From NCBI GenBank assembly GCA_030668825.1, contig DAOVET010000015.1:1-42767 (forward strand): a DNA stretch of 42,767 nt. The letters run 5' to 3'. Positions 9,451 to 18,908 of the stretch are shown here, in pieces. The notes under the pieces are model-generated. The model was not told the DNA's origin, did not search any database, and saw nothing but the letters and a program-made list of their open reading frames with translations. This DNA comes from Candidatus Heimdallarchaeota archaeon (GTDB lineage: Archaea; Asgardarchaeota; Heimdallarchaeia; Heimdallarchaeales; Heimdallarchaeaceae). Both the position numbers and the translations under genes were made by a program. Numbering within the stretch: the stretch's first letter is position 1; each line of letters begins with the position of its first letter.

Positions 9451-10860
9451 GTGTTATGTTTGCCGGCAATATCTAGTTGTAGCTTTTGTAGTAGTCCAGC
9501 ACAATACTATTGTAAGTCATGTAAGAGAAAACTTTGTACTGAACATATTCATATATCAAATACAGTATACTTTTGCTCAACTTGTGAAACTGAGAGCCTT
9601 GATTCAAAATGTCATAAATGTGGTTCAGCTACAGAATTTTCCAGAAATGAGCCTACTAATAGCTGTGAATGGTGTAGATCAATAGATGTGGAAGATGGAC
9701 TTCTTTATCATCAACAACTTCCACATTTGATATTTTCTTCATTTACTCTGTTGAACAAGAAGCTTGCACAAGTGTGGGATCTTACTCAGAAATATCTTGA
9801 AATTGTTAAGAACGTCTTTGAAATGAGAAAAGCGAAAATTATGCTTTTTGGTGATGTGGAAGATGAAATTACTTTACTTAGAAGCAAAATTTCAATATTC
9901 ATTGATCAACTTGTCAAATTTGAAAATGATACTTTTGCAATGGTTGATGAGAAACTACGTGCAATCGGATATATGCGATTTACAAACGTGGATAACATAG
10001 AAAGAGGGGAAGAAATTCTTAATTTGCTTCAAAATAGATTGGATTTACTTGATACAACCATAAAGTCAAAGTTTAATGAGATGGATGAAGATTTTCAAAC
10101 CCTTAATCAAAAAGTAGATTTTCTTGGTTTTCAATTTCGTTTGTTAAGTAAGATTTATCATCTCCTACCTGAAGACAAAGAAGAACATCTAATTTCTATT
10201 CTTCCACGGATTTGGCTAAAGAAGAACACTAAATTACCAAAGAAATATCTTGTTGTTCTGACTAGTAAGAATTTATACTTGCTCCGAGAAAAGGGTTTGT
10301 TTAATGTTAGATTAAAAACAAAAGAAACCATAAGCTTGTCGTATATTATAAACAAGCAATATATTTCCAGATTATTATCTCGCAACATGTTTCGCTTCAA
10401 AACCAGATTAGATTCATATTCATTTCTTGGAAGAAAGAAGAGCCTTGAACAATTTATGATTTATTTTGAAATCATCGAAAATTACATAGATTATTCAATT
10501 CATAAATCCTCAATAATTGAAGACCTCAAGTACTATTCACTCACTATTAATGAATTAAAAACCAACATACAAAGAAATGTAAGTCACCTTCGTGCTTATT
10601 TGCTTAATAAACGTGAATTGAAACGCGAATTATACTGGAGAGAAGGACAAGATGCGAGATTCAAGAAACTGTTTGAGCAACTACTAGCTGTAGAACGAAA
10701 GATACATCGATTAAATGAAACCAGAAGGTATGGTTCTCGAGGTACCAAAGGTATAGATGGATTATTAAGGAAACTAACCAGTGAACATCATAGGCTCAAA
10801 CGACATTTAGATGATATTCAAAGAAAAAGTGAAGAATTTGATGACATGTGGGAACTTTGA
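9451..10860 (+). CDS. Multi-zinc-finger (B-box/AN1-like plus Zn ribbons), coiled-coil and PH-like domain protein
   Basis: CxxC-x8-CxxC-x4-CxxH followed by three more CxxC pairs, a long helical region, a PH-like LVVLTSKNLYLL...ISLSYI segment and a C-terminal coiled coil. Confidence 0.6.
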   Translation: MLCLPAISSCSFCSSPAQYYCKSCKRKLCTEHIHISNTVYFCSTCETESLDSKCHKCGSATEFSRNEPTNSCEWCRSIDVEDGLLYHQQLPHLIFSSFTLLNKKLAQVWDLTQKYLEIVKNVFEMRKAKIMLFGDVEDEITLLRSKISIFIDQLVKFENDTFAMVDEKLRAIGYMRFTNVDNIERGEEILNLLQNRLDLLDTTIKSKFNEMDEDFQTLNQKVDFLGFQFRLLSKIYHLLPEDKEEHLISILPRIWLKKNTKLPKKYLVVLTSKNLYLLREKGLFNVRLKTKETISLSYIINKQYISRLLSRNMFRFKTRLDSYSFLGRKKSLEQFMIYFEIIENYIDYSIHKSSIIEDLKYYSLTINELKTNIQRNVSHLRAYLLNKRELKRELYWREGQDARFKKLFEQLLAVERKIHRLNETRRYGSRGTKGIDGLLRKLTSEHHRLKRHLDDIQRKSEEFDDMWEL

Positions 10861-10884
10861 GAACTTAATATGGTTCTTATCCAC

Positions 10885-11265
10885 TTAATTCTTCCATACT
10901 TTAAGAAACTCAGGCATTATCTCAAACTTTACAATTGGGATGCTTAACCATTTAGGATCTGTAGCATCATTAGAGAATTCAATTGTTTCATCTGTTGCTG
11001 TTTTATACCTTAAGAATGACTTTGTAGGCATTTCTTCTTCAACAGTCCACAGAATTATTGGAAGTGCATTAAGTTCGTAATATCCTAAACTTGTGTTAAA
11101 AACGAAGTATATTGTCCTATCAGCTTCCTCAAAATGACCAATATATCCCGCAATTCGGTCTGGGCCAACACTGGAAATAACTAATCTAACCAAATCTTTC
11201 AAAGATGCTAGTTTGATTCCAGCCGGTGGTTTTAGATTCTTAGTATTTTCTGCCATAGTAATCAC
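10885..11265 (-). CDS. Conserved archaeal hypothetical protein (resembles an uncharacterised crenarchaeal family)
   Basis: SLKDLVRL, YYELNALPII and IPIV motifs, recognised from memory. Lies directly downstream of atpK; the start may be 11256. Confidence 0.55.
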   Translation of the reverse strand: MITMAENTKNLKPPAGIKLASLKDLVRLVISSVGPDRIAGYIGHFEEADRTIYFVFNTSLGYYELNALPIILWTVEEEMPTKSFLRYKTATDETIEFSNDATDPKWLSIPIVKFEIMPEFLKVWKN

Positions 11266-11292
11266 TGAAAAAAGGAAAGTAAAGAGAGGGAA

Positions 11293-11592
11293 TTAGAATA
11301 CAAGTAGGATAGCTACTAGTAGACCATAAATAGCCACGGCTTCAATCAACACTATGAAGAGAAAAGCTTTTCCGAAAATTTCAGGTTTTTCCACAATAGC
11401 ACCTATGGCTGCACTTCCTGCCATCGCCATTCCTATGGCGGCTGCAGCTCCAGCTATACCAACTGCTAGAGCTGCAGCGATTGGGGTTAAATCTGGAGTT
11501 TGAGCTAAAGCTGTTTCTGAGGCAAGAATCACTAAACTTGTTATTATTGTCATAAATGCAAAATTTCTTTTAGATTTCTTTTGAAAACGCAT
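11293..11592 (-). CDS. atpK: A/V-type ATP synthase proteolipid subunit K (c), single hairpin with an N-terminal signal-like segment
   Basis: Gly/Ala-rich helix, EKPEIFGKA loop, LIEAVAIYGL with the ion-carrying Glu. Confidence 0.93.
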   Translation of the reverse strand: MRFQKKSKRNFAFMTIITSLVILASETALAQTPDLTPIAAALAVGIAGAAAAIGMAMAGSAAIGAIVEKPEIFGKAFLFIVLIEAVAIYGLLVAILLVF

Positions 11593-11753
11593 ACAATTAC
11601 ACCTATTTTATAAGACCAACTATCGTAGGTCAATTTAAAAATTTCGGAAAGACAGCAAATCATGTTTTGAGTTAAAATAAATTCTGAAACAATACATATA
11701 ATAACCACGAAAGCTTAAATATGAATATACAATAACTAAACGCAGTGATTTAG
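11593..11753. promoter_or_regulatory. Divergent promoter region shared by atpK and the ESCRT-III operon
   Basis: 161-bp head-to-head gap with TATA-like boxes near 11634-11640 (minus) and 11714-11721 (plus); SD-like GGTG/GTGAT before the two starts. Confidence 0.5.
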
Positions 11754-12368
11754 ATGTTCCGTGACTTTATGGGTTGGCTTTTGGGTACAAAGAAGAGTCC
11801 TCGTGACCACATAATTAATCTTCGATTAACTGTAAGAAGATTAGAAAGAGCACAAAGGAAACTTTCTCGAGATGAATCCAAGATGCAGTTGAAAATGAAA
11901 CAAAACATCCAACGAGGAGATTTGGAATCTGCAAGATTATTTGCTACTGATATTGTACGCAACAGAAGATGGGAATTTGGTTATCAGAAACTAGTCTCGC
12001 GTATGAATGGTCTAATCTTTAAATTAGAACGAGCTGATACAGCAGCAAGCATGGCTGAAGAAATGCATGGTATTGCTTCTGCTTTACGAACAGCAAATGC
12101 TCAATTACAGATTCCAGATTTAGATAGAGTTATTCAAGATATGGAAAGTTCAATTGATGGAATCGAAGAGTCAACAGGAACAATTGAAGATGGTATTGAC
12201 GATTTACTAATTGCTGATACTGATCCAGCTGAAGTCGATAGATTAATTGAACAAACAGCTGCTGAATTAGGTGTTTCCACTCAAGCTGGATTACCAACAG
12301 TTGGTGTAGTGCAAACAGATGATTTAGAGGACGAAATCCAGAAATTAAGAAGAAGAGAAGAGGATTAA
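11754..12368 (+). CDS. ESCRT-III protein, Vps2/24/46 (CHMP1-3) class
   Basis: Amphipathic N-terminus FMGWLLG, Snf7 helical hairpin (ARLFATDIVR) and C-terminal MIM1-like LEDEIQKLRR. Confidence 0.93.
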   Translation: MFRDFMGWLLGTKKSPRDHIINLRLTVRRLERAQRKLSRDESKMQLKMKQNIQRGDLESARLFATDIVRNRRWEFGYQKLVSRMNGLIFKLERADTAASMAEEMHGIASALRTANAQLQIPDLDRVIQDMESSIDGIEESTGTIEDGIDDLLIADTDPAEVDRLIEQTAAELGVSTQAGLPTVGVVQTDDLEDEIQKLRRREED

Positions 12369-12381
12369 AAGGTGAATAAAA

Positions 12382-13035
12382 ATGGTTAAGAATTGGCTTT
12401 TTGGAAAAAAAAGAAAAGAAGATGCTGATGCATTATCTACACTCAAAGGACAACAAAACAGATTACAAGCAGAAGCTAGAAATCTTGAAAGGCAATCAGA
12501 TGAACAGAAAATCTTAGCCTCAAAAATGCTCAAAGCTGGTAACAAAGCTGGAGCAAGACAAGCTCTTAAAAGAAGAGCTGTTTTCATGAAAAGGCTGAAT
12601 ACAGTTCATAACACAGGGATGAATTTACAAGCTCAGATAGATAGTATTCAAACAGCTACTTCAACCGCAGAAACTGTAAAAGCTATGGAACTTGGTACTA
12701 AAGTTGTTGGGGAGAAAATCAAAAGCGTTTCTCCTGAGAGAACAGAACGTGTTATGGATTCCGTAATGGAACAGAGAGATCAAATTGAAATGATGACTGA
12801 AGCTCTATCTGATCCAAGCTTATCTGAAGGTATTCTAGATTTTGAAGATGATGCAGCTATTGATGAGCAGTTAGCTCAATTAGAAGCTGAGATGGATTTA
12901 GGTACAACAACAAGCTTACCTGATGTTAGTGGTCTTCCTTCAACTCCTGTTGGAACAGGTGACAAAGAAGAAGATACATCAGAGCTTGAAGCTGAGCTTG
13001 AGGGATTAAAGAAGAAAATGAAGGAAGATAATTAG
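12382..13035 (+). CDS. ESCRT-III protein, Vps20/32/60 (CHMP4-7/Snf7) class
   Basis: WLFGKK N-terminus, GNKAGARQALKRR, MIM2-like LPDVSGLPSTP and terminal ELEAELEGL. Confidence 0.93.
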   Translation: MVKNWLFGKKRKEDADALSTLKGQQNRLQAEARNLERQSDEQKILASKMLKAGNKAGARQALKRRAVFMKRLNTVHNTGMNLQAQIDSIQTATSTAETVKAMELGTKVVGEKIKSVSPERTERVMDSVMEQRDQIEMMTEALSDPSLSEGILDFEDDAAIDEQLAQLEAEMDLGTTTSLPDVSGLPSTPVGTGDKEEDTSELEAELEGLKKKMKEDN

Positions 13036-13160
13036 TTCTTCCTTTTTTTGTATTTTTATTTTTGTAAGTTCTTAAAATCCATACTATGAAAATTATCAAT
13101 GTGTTATGAAACAAAATGAAACATTTTATATTAGATAAATGGAATAAATAGATAGAGGTT

Positions 13161-14312
13161 GTGAATCACGTGTCTGCTCAAGGATTAATAGATCATGCAA
13201 GAGATTTTGCAGTCAAAGCTTATTCCTTTGATAAAGAAAAAAACTACAGTGAAGCTATTCCACACTATTTAGATGCTGCTGAAGCTTTAATGAAAGCCAT
13301 AAGATTTGAAAGAAACCCTCAAGTTGCTCGTTCTCTCAAGAAGAAAGCCAATATGTACATTAGTAGAGCAAGGGAACTAAGGGAACTTCTAGAGAAGAGA
13401 AAAGAAAGGAAATCCACTGCAGGAAGTGATGAGGAGGAAAAACTAGAAAATGCTATATCTGATATAATCGTTACAGAGAAACCAAATATTACTTTAAAAG
13501 ATATAGCAGGTCTAGAAACCGCAAAGCAAACCTTGAGAGAAGCTATTGTTTTACCTCTGATGCGACCTGATTTATTCTCTGGAGCAAGAAAACCTTGGAA
13601 AGGTATTTTGCTTTTTGGTCCTCCTGGTTGTGGTAAAACTCTTTTAGCAAAAGCAACTGCAGCTGAAGTAGAAGCAACTTTCTTCAATGTTAGTGCATCT
13701 TCAATCATTTCAAAATGGCTTGGTGAATCAGAGAAATTGGTTAAACAGCTTTTCGAATTAGCAGATGAAAAACAACCCAGTATTATTTTTATTGATGAAG
13801 TTGATGCTTTAGCCGGCGCCAGAGGTGGAGAACATGATGCAATGCGTAGAGTTAAAACTGAGCTCTTAACATCAATGGACGGATTATCGAGTTCCGAAAC
13901 TGACAGAATAGTTACTGTAGGTGCTACTAATATGCCTGAATCTATAGACGGAGCATTCAGAAGAAGATTCGAGAGAAGAATTTACATTCCTTTACCAGAT
14001 TTACCAGCTCGTTCAGCTATTTTTGTTTTCAATACCAGGGGTGTTGAACTAGCTGAAGATGCTGATTTCGAAGTTCTAGCAGAAATTACAGAAGGTTATT
14101 CAGGTTCTGATATAGCAATGGTATGTAGAGAAGCAATCATGACTCCAATCAGAGAACTTGATATGGCTGGAGCTATTGAAGATACTTCAGTAGCTGCCCG
14201 GTCAGTAACCCAAGATGATTTTCTTGAAGCAATTGAATCAATTAACCCCTCTGTAAGTGATGATGAAATAGAAAAATACGATAACTGGAATGAAGAATTC
14301 GGCAGCGCATGA
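13161..14312 (+). CDS. vps4: Vps4 AAA+ ATPase (MIT plus AAA)
   Basis: MIT three-helix N-terminus, GPPGCGKT, SKWLGESEK pore loop, IFIDE, FRRRF and C-terminal EEFG. Confidence 0.95.
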   Translation: MNHVSAQGLIDHARDFAVKAYSFDKEKNYSEAIPHYLDAAEALMKAIRFERNPQVARSLKKKANMYISRARELRELLEKRKERKSTAGSDEEEKLENAISDIIVTEKPNITLKDIAGLETAKQTLREAIVLPLMRPDLFSGARKPWKGILLFGPPGCGKTLLAKATAAEVEATFFNVSASSIISKWLGESEKLVKQLFELADEKQPSIIFIDEVDALAGARGGEHDAMRRVKTELLTSMDGLSSSETDRIVTVGATNMPESIDGAFRRRFERRIYIPLPDLPARSAIFVFNTRGVELAEDADFEVLAEITEGYSGSDIAMVCREAIMTPIRELDMAGAIEDTSVAARSVTQDDFLEAIESINPSVSDDEIEKYDNWNEEFGSA

Positions 14313-15085
14313 TTCTAGAGGTTAAATCCATGTCTACCACTGAGAAGAAGAAGCCCAAGAAAGAGAGATCATCTGAAATAGATTTAAAAAAATTAAAAGA
14401 TGAAAAAGAGATTTCAGATGAGAAATTAAAACTAATTGAAGCCAGTATTAAAGGTTTGGAGATTACAGCTGAAGAATTGAAAGCTACTATGCCTGTTGAT
14501 GCTGTTTTTATGAAAGAAGATCTCTCTAAAGATCAAAGGGCTATGCTTGAACTAGAATTTGAGGAAGAGCTTCCAAAATGGGTGAAGAGACCTTGGATGT
14601 ATATCAAACCTAAGAAAACTGATCAAATTGAATCATGGCTCCAGAGTTGGTCTGCGATAGTATTGGACTACTCCCGTATTTTTGTGATTCACATAATTAA
14701 TATCAACGATTTGAGAAGTGGTCACCCCTTCAATAACAAAAGTTTAGGTAAGAGATTAACCCTTGCACAGGTAAGAAGTATCATTGATCATTTAGTTCAA
14801 CAGGATATTGCTCGTTGGTTAGATGAAAAAACAAAAACAAGGGCTCGCATTTATTGGAAATCAAATGAAGAATGGGCAGATGCACTATTAGACTTCATGC
14901 TAGATACTGGAAGAGTGGTTGAAATACACTCACTTTACGATTTAACTCAGTTGGAACAAAATTGGGGGAATTTGCCTGCTGATGATCTTATTATTGTGTG
15001 CGAAATGCTAGTAGAACGTAAAGTTGCTCGTTGGTTAAACAAAGAAAAAACAATAATTCAGTTTGAAGCTGATAAAGTGTTTTAG
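14309..15085 (+). CDS. vps25: ESCRT-II Vps25 (EAP20) with a charged N-terminal extension
   Basis: PW.Y..P..QIESWLQSWS..LDY, PF.N....RL and IYWKS.EEWA motifs; likely start at 14330. Confidence 0.88.
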   Translation: MILEVKSMSTTEKKKPKKERSSEIDLKKLKDEKEISDEKLKLIEASIKGLEITAEELKATMPVDAVFMKEDLSKDQRAMLELEFEEELPKWVKRPWMYIKPKKTDQIESWLQSWSAIVLDYSRIFVIHIININDLRSGHPFNNKSLGKRLTLAQVRSIIDHLVQQDIARWLDEKTKTRARIYWKSNEEWADALLDFMLDTGRVVEIHSLYDLTQLEQNWGNLPADDLIIVCEMLVERKVARWLNKEKTIIQFEADKVF

Positions 15086-15100
15086 ACTTTTTTTTCTGAA

Positions 15101-15838
15101 TTATAGTCCCATTAAACCTGGAAACCAGAATTTTACTCCTTCAGAATAGCTACGGTCAACTCTAGCTATGCTATTTTCTTCAAAGAATTTTAAACATCTA
15201 TCTATTCGTTCTTCAGTCCAACTTGTTCTCATGAGTAAATCTTCCTTTGTAACAAAACCAACTCTGGATGCATAATTTAGAATAACATCATGGTCTGGAC
15301 TAAACTCAACAGGAACAAATTCAACAATCTTCAATCCTGAATCTAACACTCTATATGGTGGGATTAATTGAGTATTGATTAATTTCTCCAAGGATCGATA
15401 CATATCATCAATTGAAACCATCCTCCCAGGACGAGTTTTATTTAGCTGTGTGAATAGTTCTCCGATTGCCATAATTCCACCGTTTTCTGATATCATCTGT
15501 TGCCCTATTTCAAGAATTTCATTAGCTAATACATCAAAGAAGCCCTTTCCAGTAAGTTTATCTTTGAGAGTTGGAGTTTCTTTCCAGTCAAAACGTCCAA
15601 TTTCGGTGGGTAATCCTAATTCTTCTCGCAGATTTGCTAATTTATCATAATAATCTTTATTTTCAGAGATCTTATCACCGTATTTTTTCTCAAACTTTTT
15701 CAGTTGTTTTTTGACTTCACTAATATTATTTACCATCTGTTCTAATTCTTTAATCATTAGCTCTGCCGCTTTTACTTGAAAAGCTGACTTAATTTTGATC
15801 TTTTTCTCTATATCTCTTAAACCCACTTCTATCTCCAA
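15101..15838 (-). CDS. ESCRT-II Vps22/Vps36 (EAP30) winged-helix protein
   Basis: VGL N-terminus, FF..LA.EILE....NGGIM, VS.DD..RS, W..ERI and FWFPG C-terminus. Confidence 0.9.
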   Translation of the reverse strand: MEIEVGLRDIEKKIKIKSAFQVKAAELMIKELEQMVNNISEVKKQLKKFEKKYGDKISENKDYYDKLANLREELGLPTEIGRFDWKETPTLKDKLTGKGFFDVLANEILEIGQQMISENGGIMAIGELFTQLNKTRPGRMVSIDDMYRSLEKLINTQLIPPYRVLDSGLKIVEFVPVEFSPDHDVILNYASRVGFVTKEDLLMRTSWTEERIDRCLKFFEENSIARVDRSYSEGVKFWFPGLMGL

Positions 15839-15895
15839 CCTTGTTATTGTCTAGGACTTATTTATATCTTCTCAAATTAATTGATTAAACAATTA

Positions 15896-16210
15896 TTATA
15901 CAGTGTTTGATAATTTTAAAAGCCATTTCTTTATCTTTTCAGTTAAAGAGCTACTCTCCCTTGGTGAAAGAAAAGCTGCAAGTTTGTTTTTATATTTGTT
16001 AAAATATGAATTATAGACATTCATCATTTCTTCATGGATTTGCTTACCTTCTTCTCCTAAATTCTTGATTTCGTATGAAATATCTTCCAATTCCTCAAGA
16101 ATATAGCCCATATCTATCTTTATCTCTATCATGTTGATTAATTCAAACATTTCTTTTCTAATGTTAACAAATATCTCGTTAATAGAGCTAGTTCTTTCCA
16201 AGTAATTCAC
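15896..16210 (-). CDS. Hypothetical small helical protein
   Basis: 104-aa ORF filling the gap between the ESCRT-I and ESCRT-II genes on the same strand; no recognisable motif. Confidence 0.5.
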   Translation of the reverse strand: MNYLERTSSINEIFVNIRKEMFELINMIEIKIDMGYILEELEDISYEIKNLGEEGKQIHEEMMNVYNSYFNKYKNKLAAFLSPRESSSLTEKIKKWLLKLSNTV

Positions 16211-16274
16211 CTAGTAACTTATATTAAAGAATGGAAAGAAAGGAATCTAGAACGTTTCAAGTCTTTTATTTACA

Positions 16275-17723
16275 TTAAAGTTCTTTCAATACTCTTCGAA
16301 AGTCATTTAACCAACGAGCTGCTTGAAATTCTAATTTTTCGCAATCTTCTTCTTTAATGATCTCCTGCGGCTTATATTTTCCTATAATTTCACGCCAATT
16401 ATTCATATCTCCAATAACCCAATGGTCTTTTGGTATTGAAGGAAATGTTTTCAGAATGTGAATCATTTCTTCGATGTCTGCTATTATGAGATCTGCTCTA
16501 GCTACTGATCTTAATCTAGTTAAATCAATAAGTTCAATCGCAGATGAAACGAAATCAGCTGTTTTAGATGGGATTTTCTTGAGTGTATCAAATGGAATTG
16601 AGCTGGTATCTGCAGTTTCTTTCCCTTCAACAACCATGAGTTGTTTGATTCCCTTTTGATATCTATTATTTAGATTCTCTCGTTTCACAAAATCATCTAA
16701 ATTAAATCCTACTTTTTCTAATTCTAATCTTGTTTTGAAAATTCCTCTAATAAGCGCACGAAGTTGCTTTCTATAAGCAATCTGCTCAATTTCACTTTTT
16801 TCGTAACTGCTAACTAGATTGTCTAAAGTTGCAATTGAAGCAAACAGATCAGCTTCCAAATTCAATATTTTTTCTTCTGCTTTTGTCATGTCACCACTTG
16901 AGCTACTTTTAACTTGAGTGAGTTGTTTCTCAGCTATAAAACCTTTTTTAGCATATCTTTTATGTAATTTGAGGTAATCAATATTAGTCATGTCACCATC
17001 CTCAAATTTTTCCTGTATTATTTCTAGAGTATCTTGGACAGATAATGATTCAGCTCTCAAATCGTCTTCTAATGATATAGAAATCTCTTTAGTTCTACTT
17101 TGTACAGCTATTCCGCCTTCTTTCAATAGAGCTTCTCTTTCTTTTTCTATATCTCTGGAAACATGCTCTATTTTATCTTGATAATTGACAATTGTTTTAT
17201 CGATAGATCGTCTTTCTTCCTCAATTCTTGGATCTATACTTGCGAAAGAAGCTTGAGGTATTGTCTTCACAGGAATTGTTGCTCTAGGTAATGTTGAAAA
17301 TCTTTGTTCCCCTTTTGGTTTCTTAGTCTTTGTCTTGTATGGTTTAGCAGGAACATTGATGAAAAGTTGTTTTATATCAATCATAACCTGATAAATATGA
17401 TACCTAATTTCCCATTCTGCAAGAAGACGCATACTTAATGTGCCATCTTCATCCACATTAGGGTGATTTACTTTAGGAGTAATATCAACAAATGGAGGTA
17501 TTTCAGGGAAACCATCCTGAATGTAAATGTTGGCAAAAATTGGTATCTCAGTACCTTCTATTGTTCCAACATAGCCTTTCCATTGTTTCAAATTACCTCT
17601 AACAGGTTCGAAATTTATTTGTTTATCGAATACTAATTGCATTTCATTTGCAAGATGGAAATCGTCTGTGGAAATTTTGTTCACCTTTCTAATTATATCT
17701 CTAAATAACTTGATACCAATCAA
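16275..17723 (-). CDS. ESCRT-I fusion: UEV (Vps23/TSG101-like), stalk, steadiness boxes and Vps28
   Basis: FPEIPPFV..HPNVDEDGTLSM (E2 fold with Ser at the catalytic Cys position), two steadiness-box-like hairpins and a C-terminal helical bundle. Confidence 0.85.
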   Translation of the reverse strand: MIGIKLFRDIIRKVNKISTDDFHLANEMQLVFDKQINFEPVRGNLKQWKGYVGTIEGTEIPIFANIYIQDGFPEIPPFVDITPKVNHPNVDEDGTLSMRLLAEWEIRYHIYQVMIDIKQLFINVPAKPYKTKTKKPKGEQRFSTLPRATIPVKTIPQASFASIDPRIEEERRSIDKTIVNYQDKIEHVSRDIEKEREALLKEGGIAVQSRTKEISISLEDDLRAESLSVQDTLEIIQEKFEDGDMTNIDYLKLHKRYAKKGFIAEKQLTQVKSSSSGDMTKAEEKILNLEADLFASIATLDNLVSSYEKSEIEQIAYRKQLRALIRGIFKTRLELEKVGFNLDDFVKRENLNNRYQKGIKQLMVVEGKETADTSSIPFDTLKKIPSKTADFVSSAIELIDLTRLRSVARADLIIADIEEMIHILKTFPSIPKDHWVIGDMNNWREIIGKYKPQEIIKEEDCEKLEFQAARWLNDFRRVLKEL

Positions 17724-17764
17724 AGTTTAAAAAATGTTGCATTTGAAAAGCGAAAAATGACTAA

Positions 17765-18769
17765 TTACTCAGATAATTGTAAAACTATTTTGATTGGTTG
17801 GGCTAAATTCTTGTCTAGAACGAATACAATAGCCTTTTTAGAATCCAGCGCATCTTCAAGTAATGATTCAACCTTTAACAGTTTTCCTTGCACCATTAAG
17901 TCTGGTTTTTCTAACCCATAAGTCAACATCAATCTCATTCTGAGCTCTTTTACAGTTTCAGTTGGAAGCGCCACAAACTCGATTTGTTCTAATTTATACA
18001 TCTCTCCACAGGCTGGACAGTCCTTGGTTTTTTCTAGTTCTATAATTGTAGTAGCATTATGAAGACCATCATAGAAGAGATAATTTTCCAATTTTTCACC
18101 TAGTTCCAGAATTAACTTTATTGTTTCCTGAGCCATTATCCCCCCAATAATTGATGATAATGTAGCAACAGCTGGCAATGGTGGCTCTACATCTATTTCT
18201 TTCCTCTCCTTTTTCCTTTCTTCCCCAAATGGAGAGCATGCTTGAGCTAACTCTTCGTCTGGTACCAAAGGCTGGCATTCGAAACAAGCTGTTTCATACG
18301 GAATAATTACTTGTGCATTACCCAAGAAAGCAAACATACCCCCCATAACAAGTGGTTTTTTTACTCGAATAGCCATCGAATTGATCCATCTTCTTCCAAT
18401 AAAAGTATCTAAACAAGCCACTATAACATCTGCTTGCTCATAAACTGATACTGAAATATTCTCCATCTTTTTATGATAAAAATCAATCTCGATTTTGGGG
18501 TTTATTTCTTTCAATCTTTGTACAGCTGTTTCTGATTTTGATTTACCAACATCCTCATCTTTGAACAATAATTGTCGATTTAGATTCGAAACTTCAATTG
18601 TATCAAAATCAATAATCGTAAGTTTACCTATTCCTGAAGAGACAAGTACAGTTGCTGCATAGCTCCCTATTGCTCCAACCCCCACTAGAACAACAGAACT
18701 ATTGTCAAGTTTTAGTTGATCCCATCCTGGAATAAGTTGTTGTCTTGAGTAGCGCTCATCTCCATCCAT
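17765..18769 (-). CDS. Ubiquitin-activating E1-like enzyme (ThiF/Uba family) with a C-terminal ubiquitin-fold-like domain
   Basis: RYSRQ, GVGAIG, D.DTIEVSNLNRQ, CFEC/CPAC Zn pairs and putative catalytic Cys in QACSP. Confidence 0.9.
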   Translation of the reverse strand: MDGDERYSRQQLIPGWDQLKLDNSSVVLVGVGAIGSYAATVLVSSGIGKLTIIDFDTIEVSNLNRQLLFKDEDVGKSKSETAVQRLKEINPKIEIDFYHKKMENISVSVYEQADVIVACLDTFIGRRWINSMAIRVKKPLVMGGMFAFLGNAQVIIPYETACFECQPLVPDEELAQACSPFGEERKKERKEIDVEPPLPAVATLSSIIGGIMAQETIKLILELGEKLENYLFYDGLHNATTIIELEKTKDCPACGEMYKLEQIEFVALPTETVKELRMRLMLTYGLEKPDLMVQGKLLKVESLLEDALDSKKAIVFVLDKNLAQPIKIVLQLSE

Positions 18770-18908
18770 TTAATGAACTCCTTGAATGACTCACATAGAA
18801 AGAACTGATATAAGTTTCTTTTTACTATCACACTGAAAACAACGAGAAAATCTATAAAAAGAGCTTTTTATGAAAGAAAATTAAATTAAAAGAAGTGGTT
18901 AGATAAAA

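Noticed and set aside
11750-13708. Antisense ORFs over ESCRT-III and Vps4 (likewise those over atpI, hutH, gcvP, thermosome and others)
   Set aside because: Shadow frames of well-supported genes.
16275-17723. Calling this gene an active E2 conjugating enzyme
   Set aside because: The catalytic Cys position after HPN is Ser, and the rest of the protein is ESCRT-I-like.
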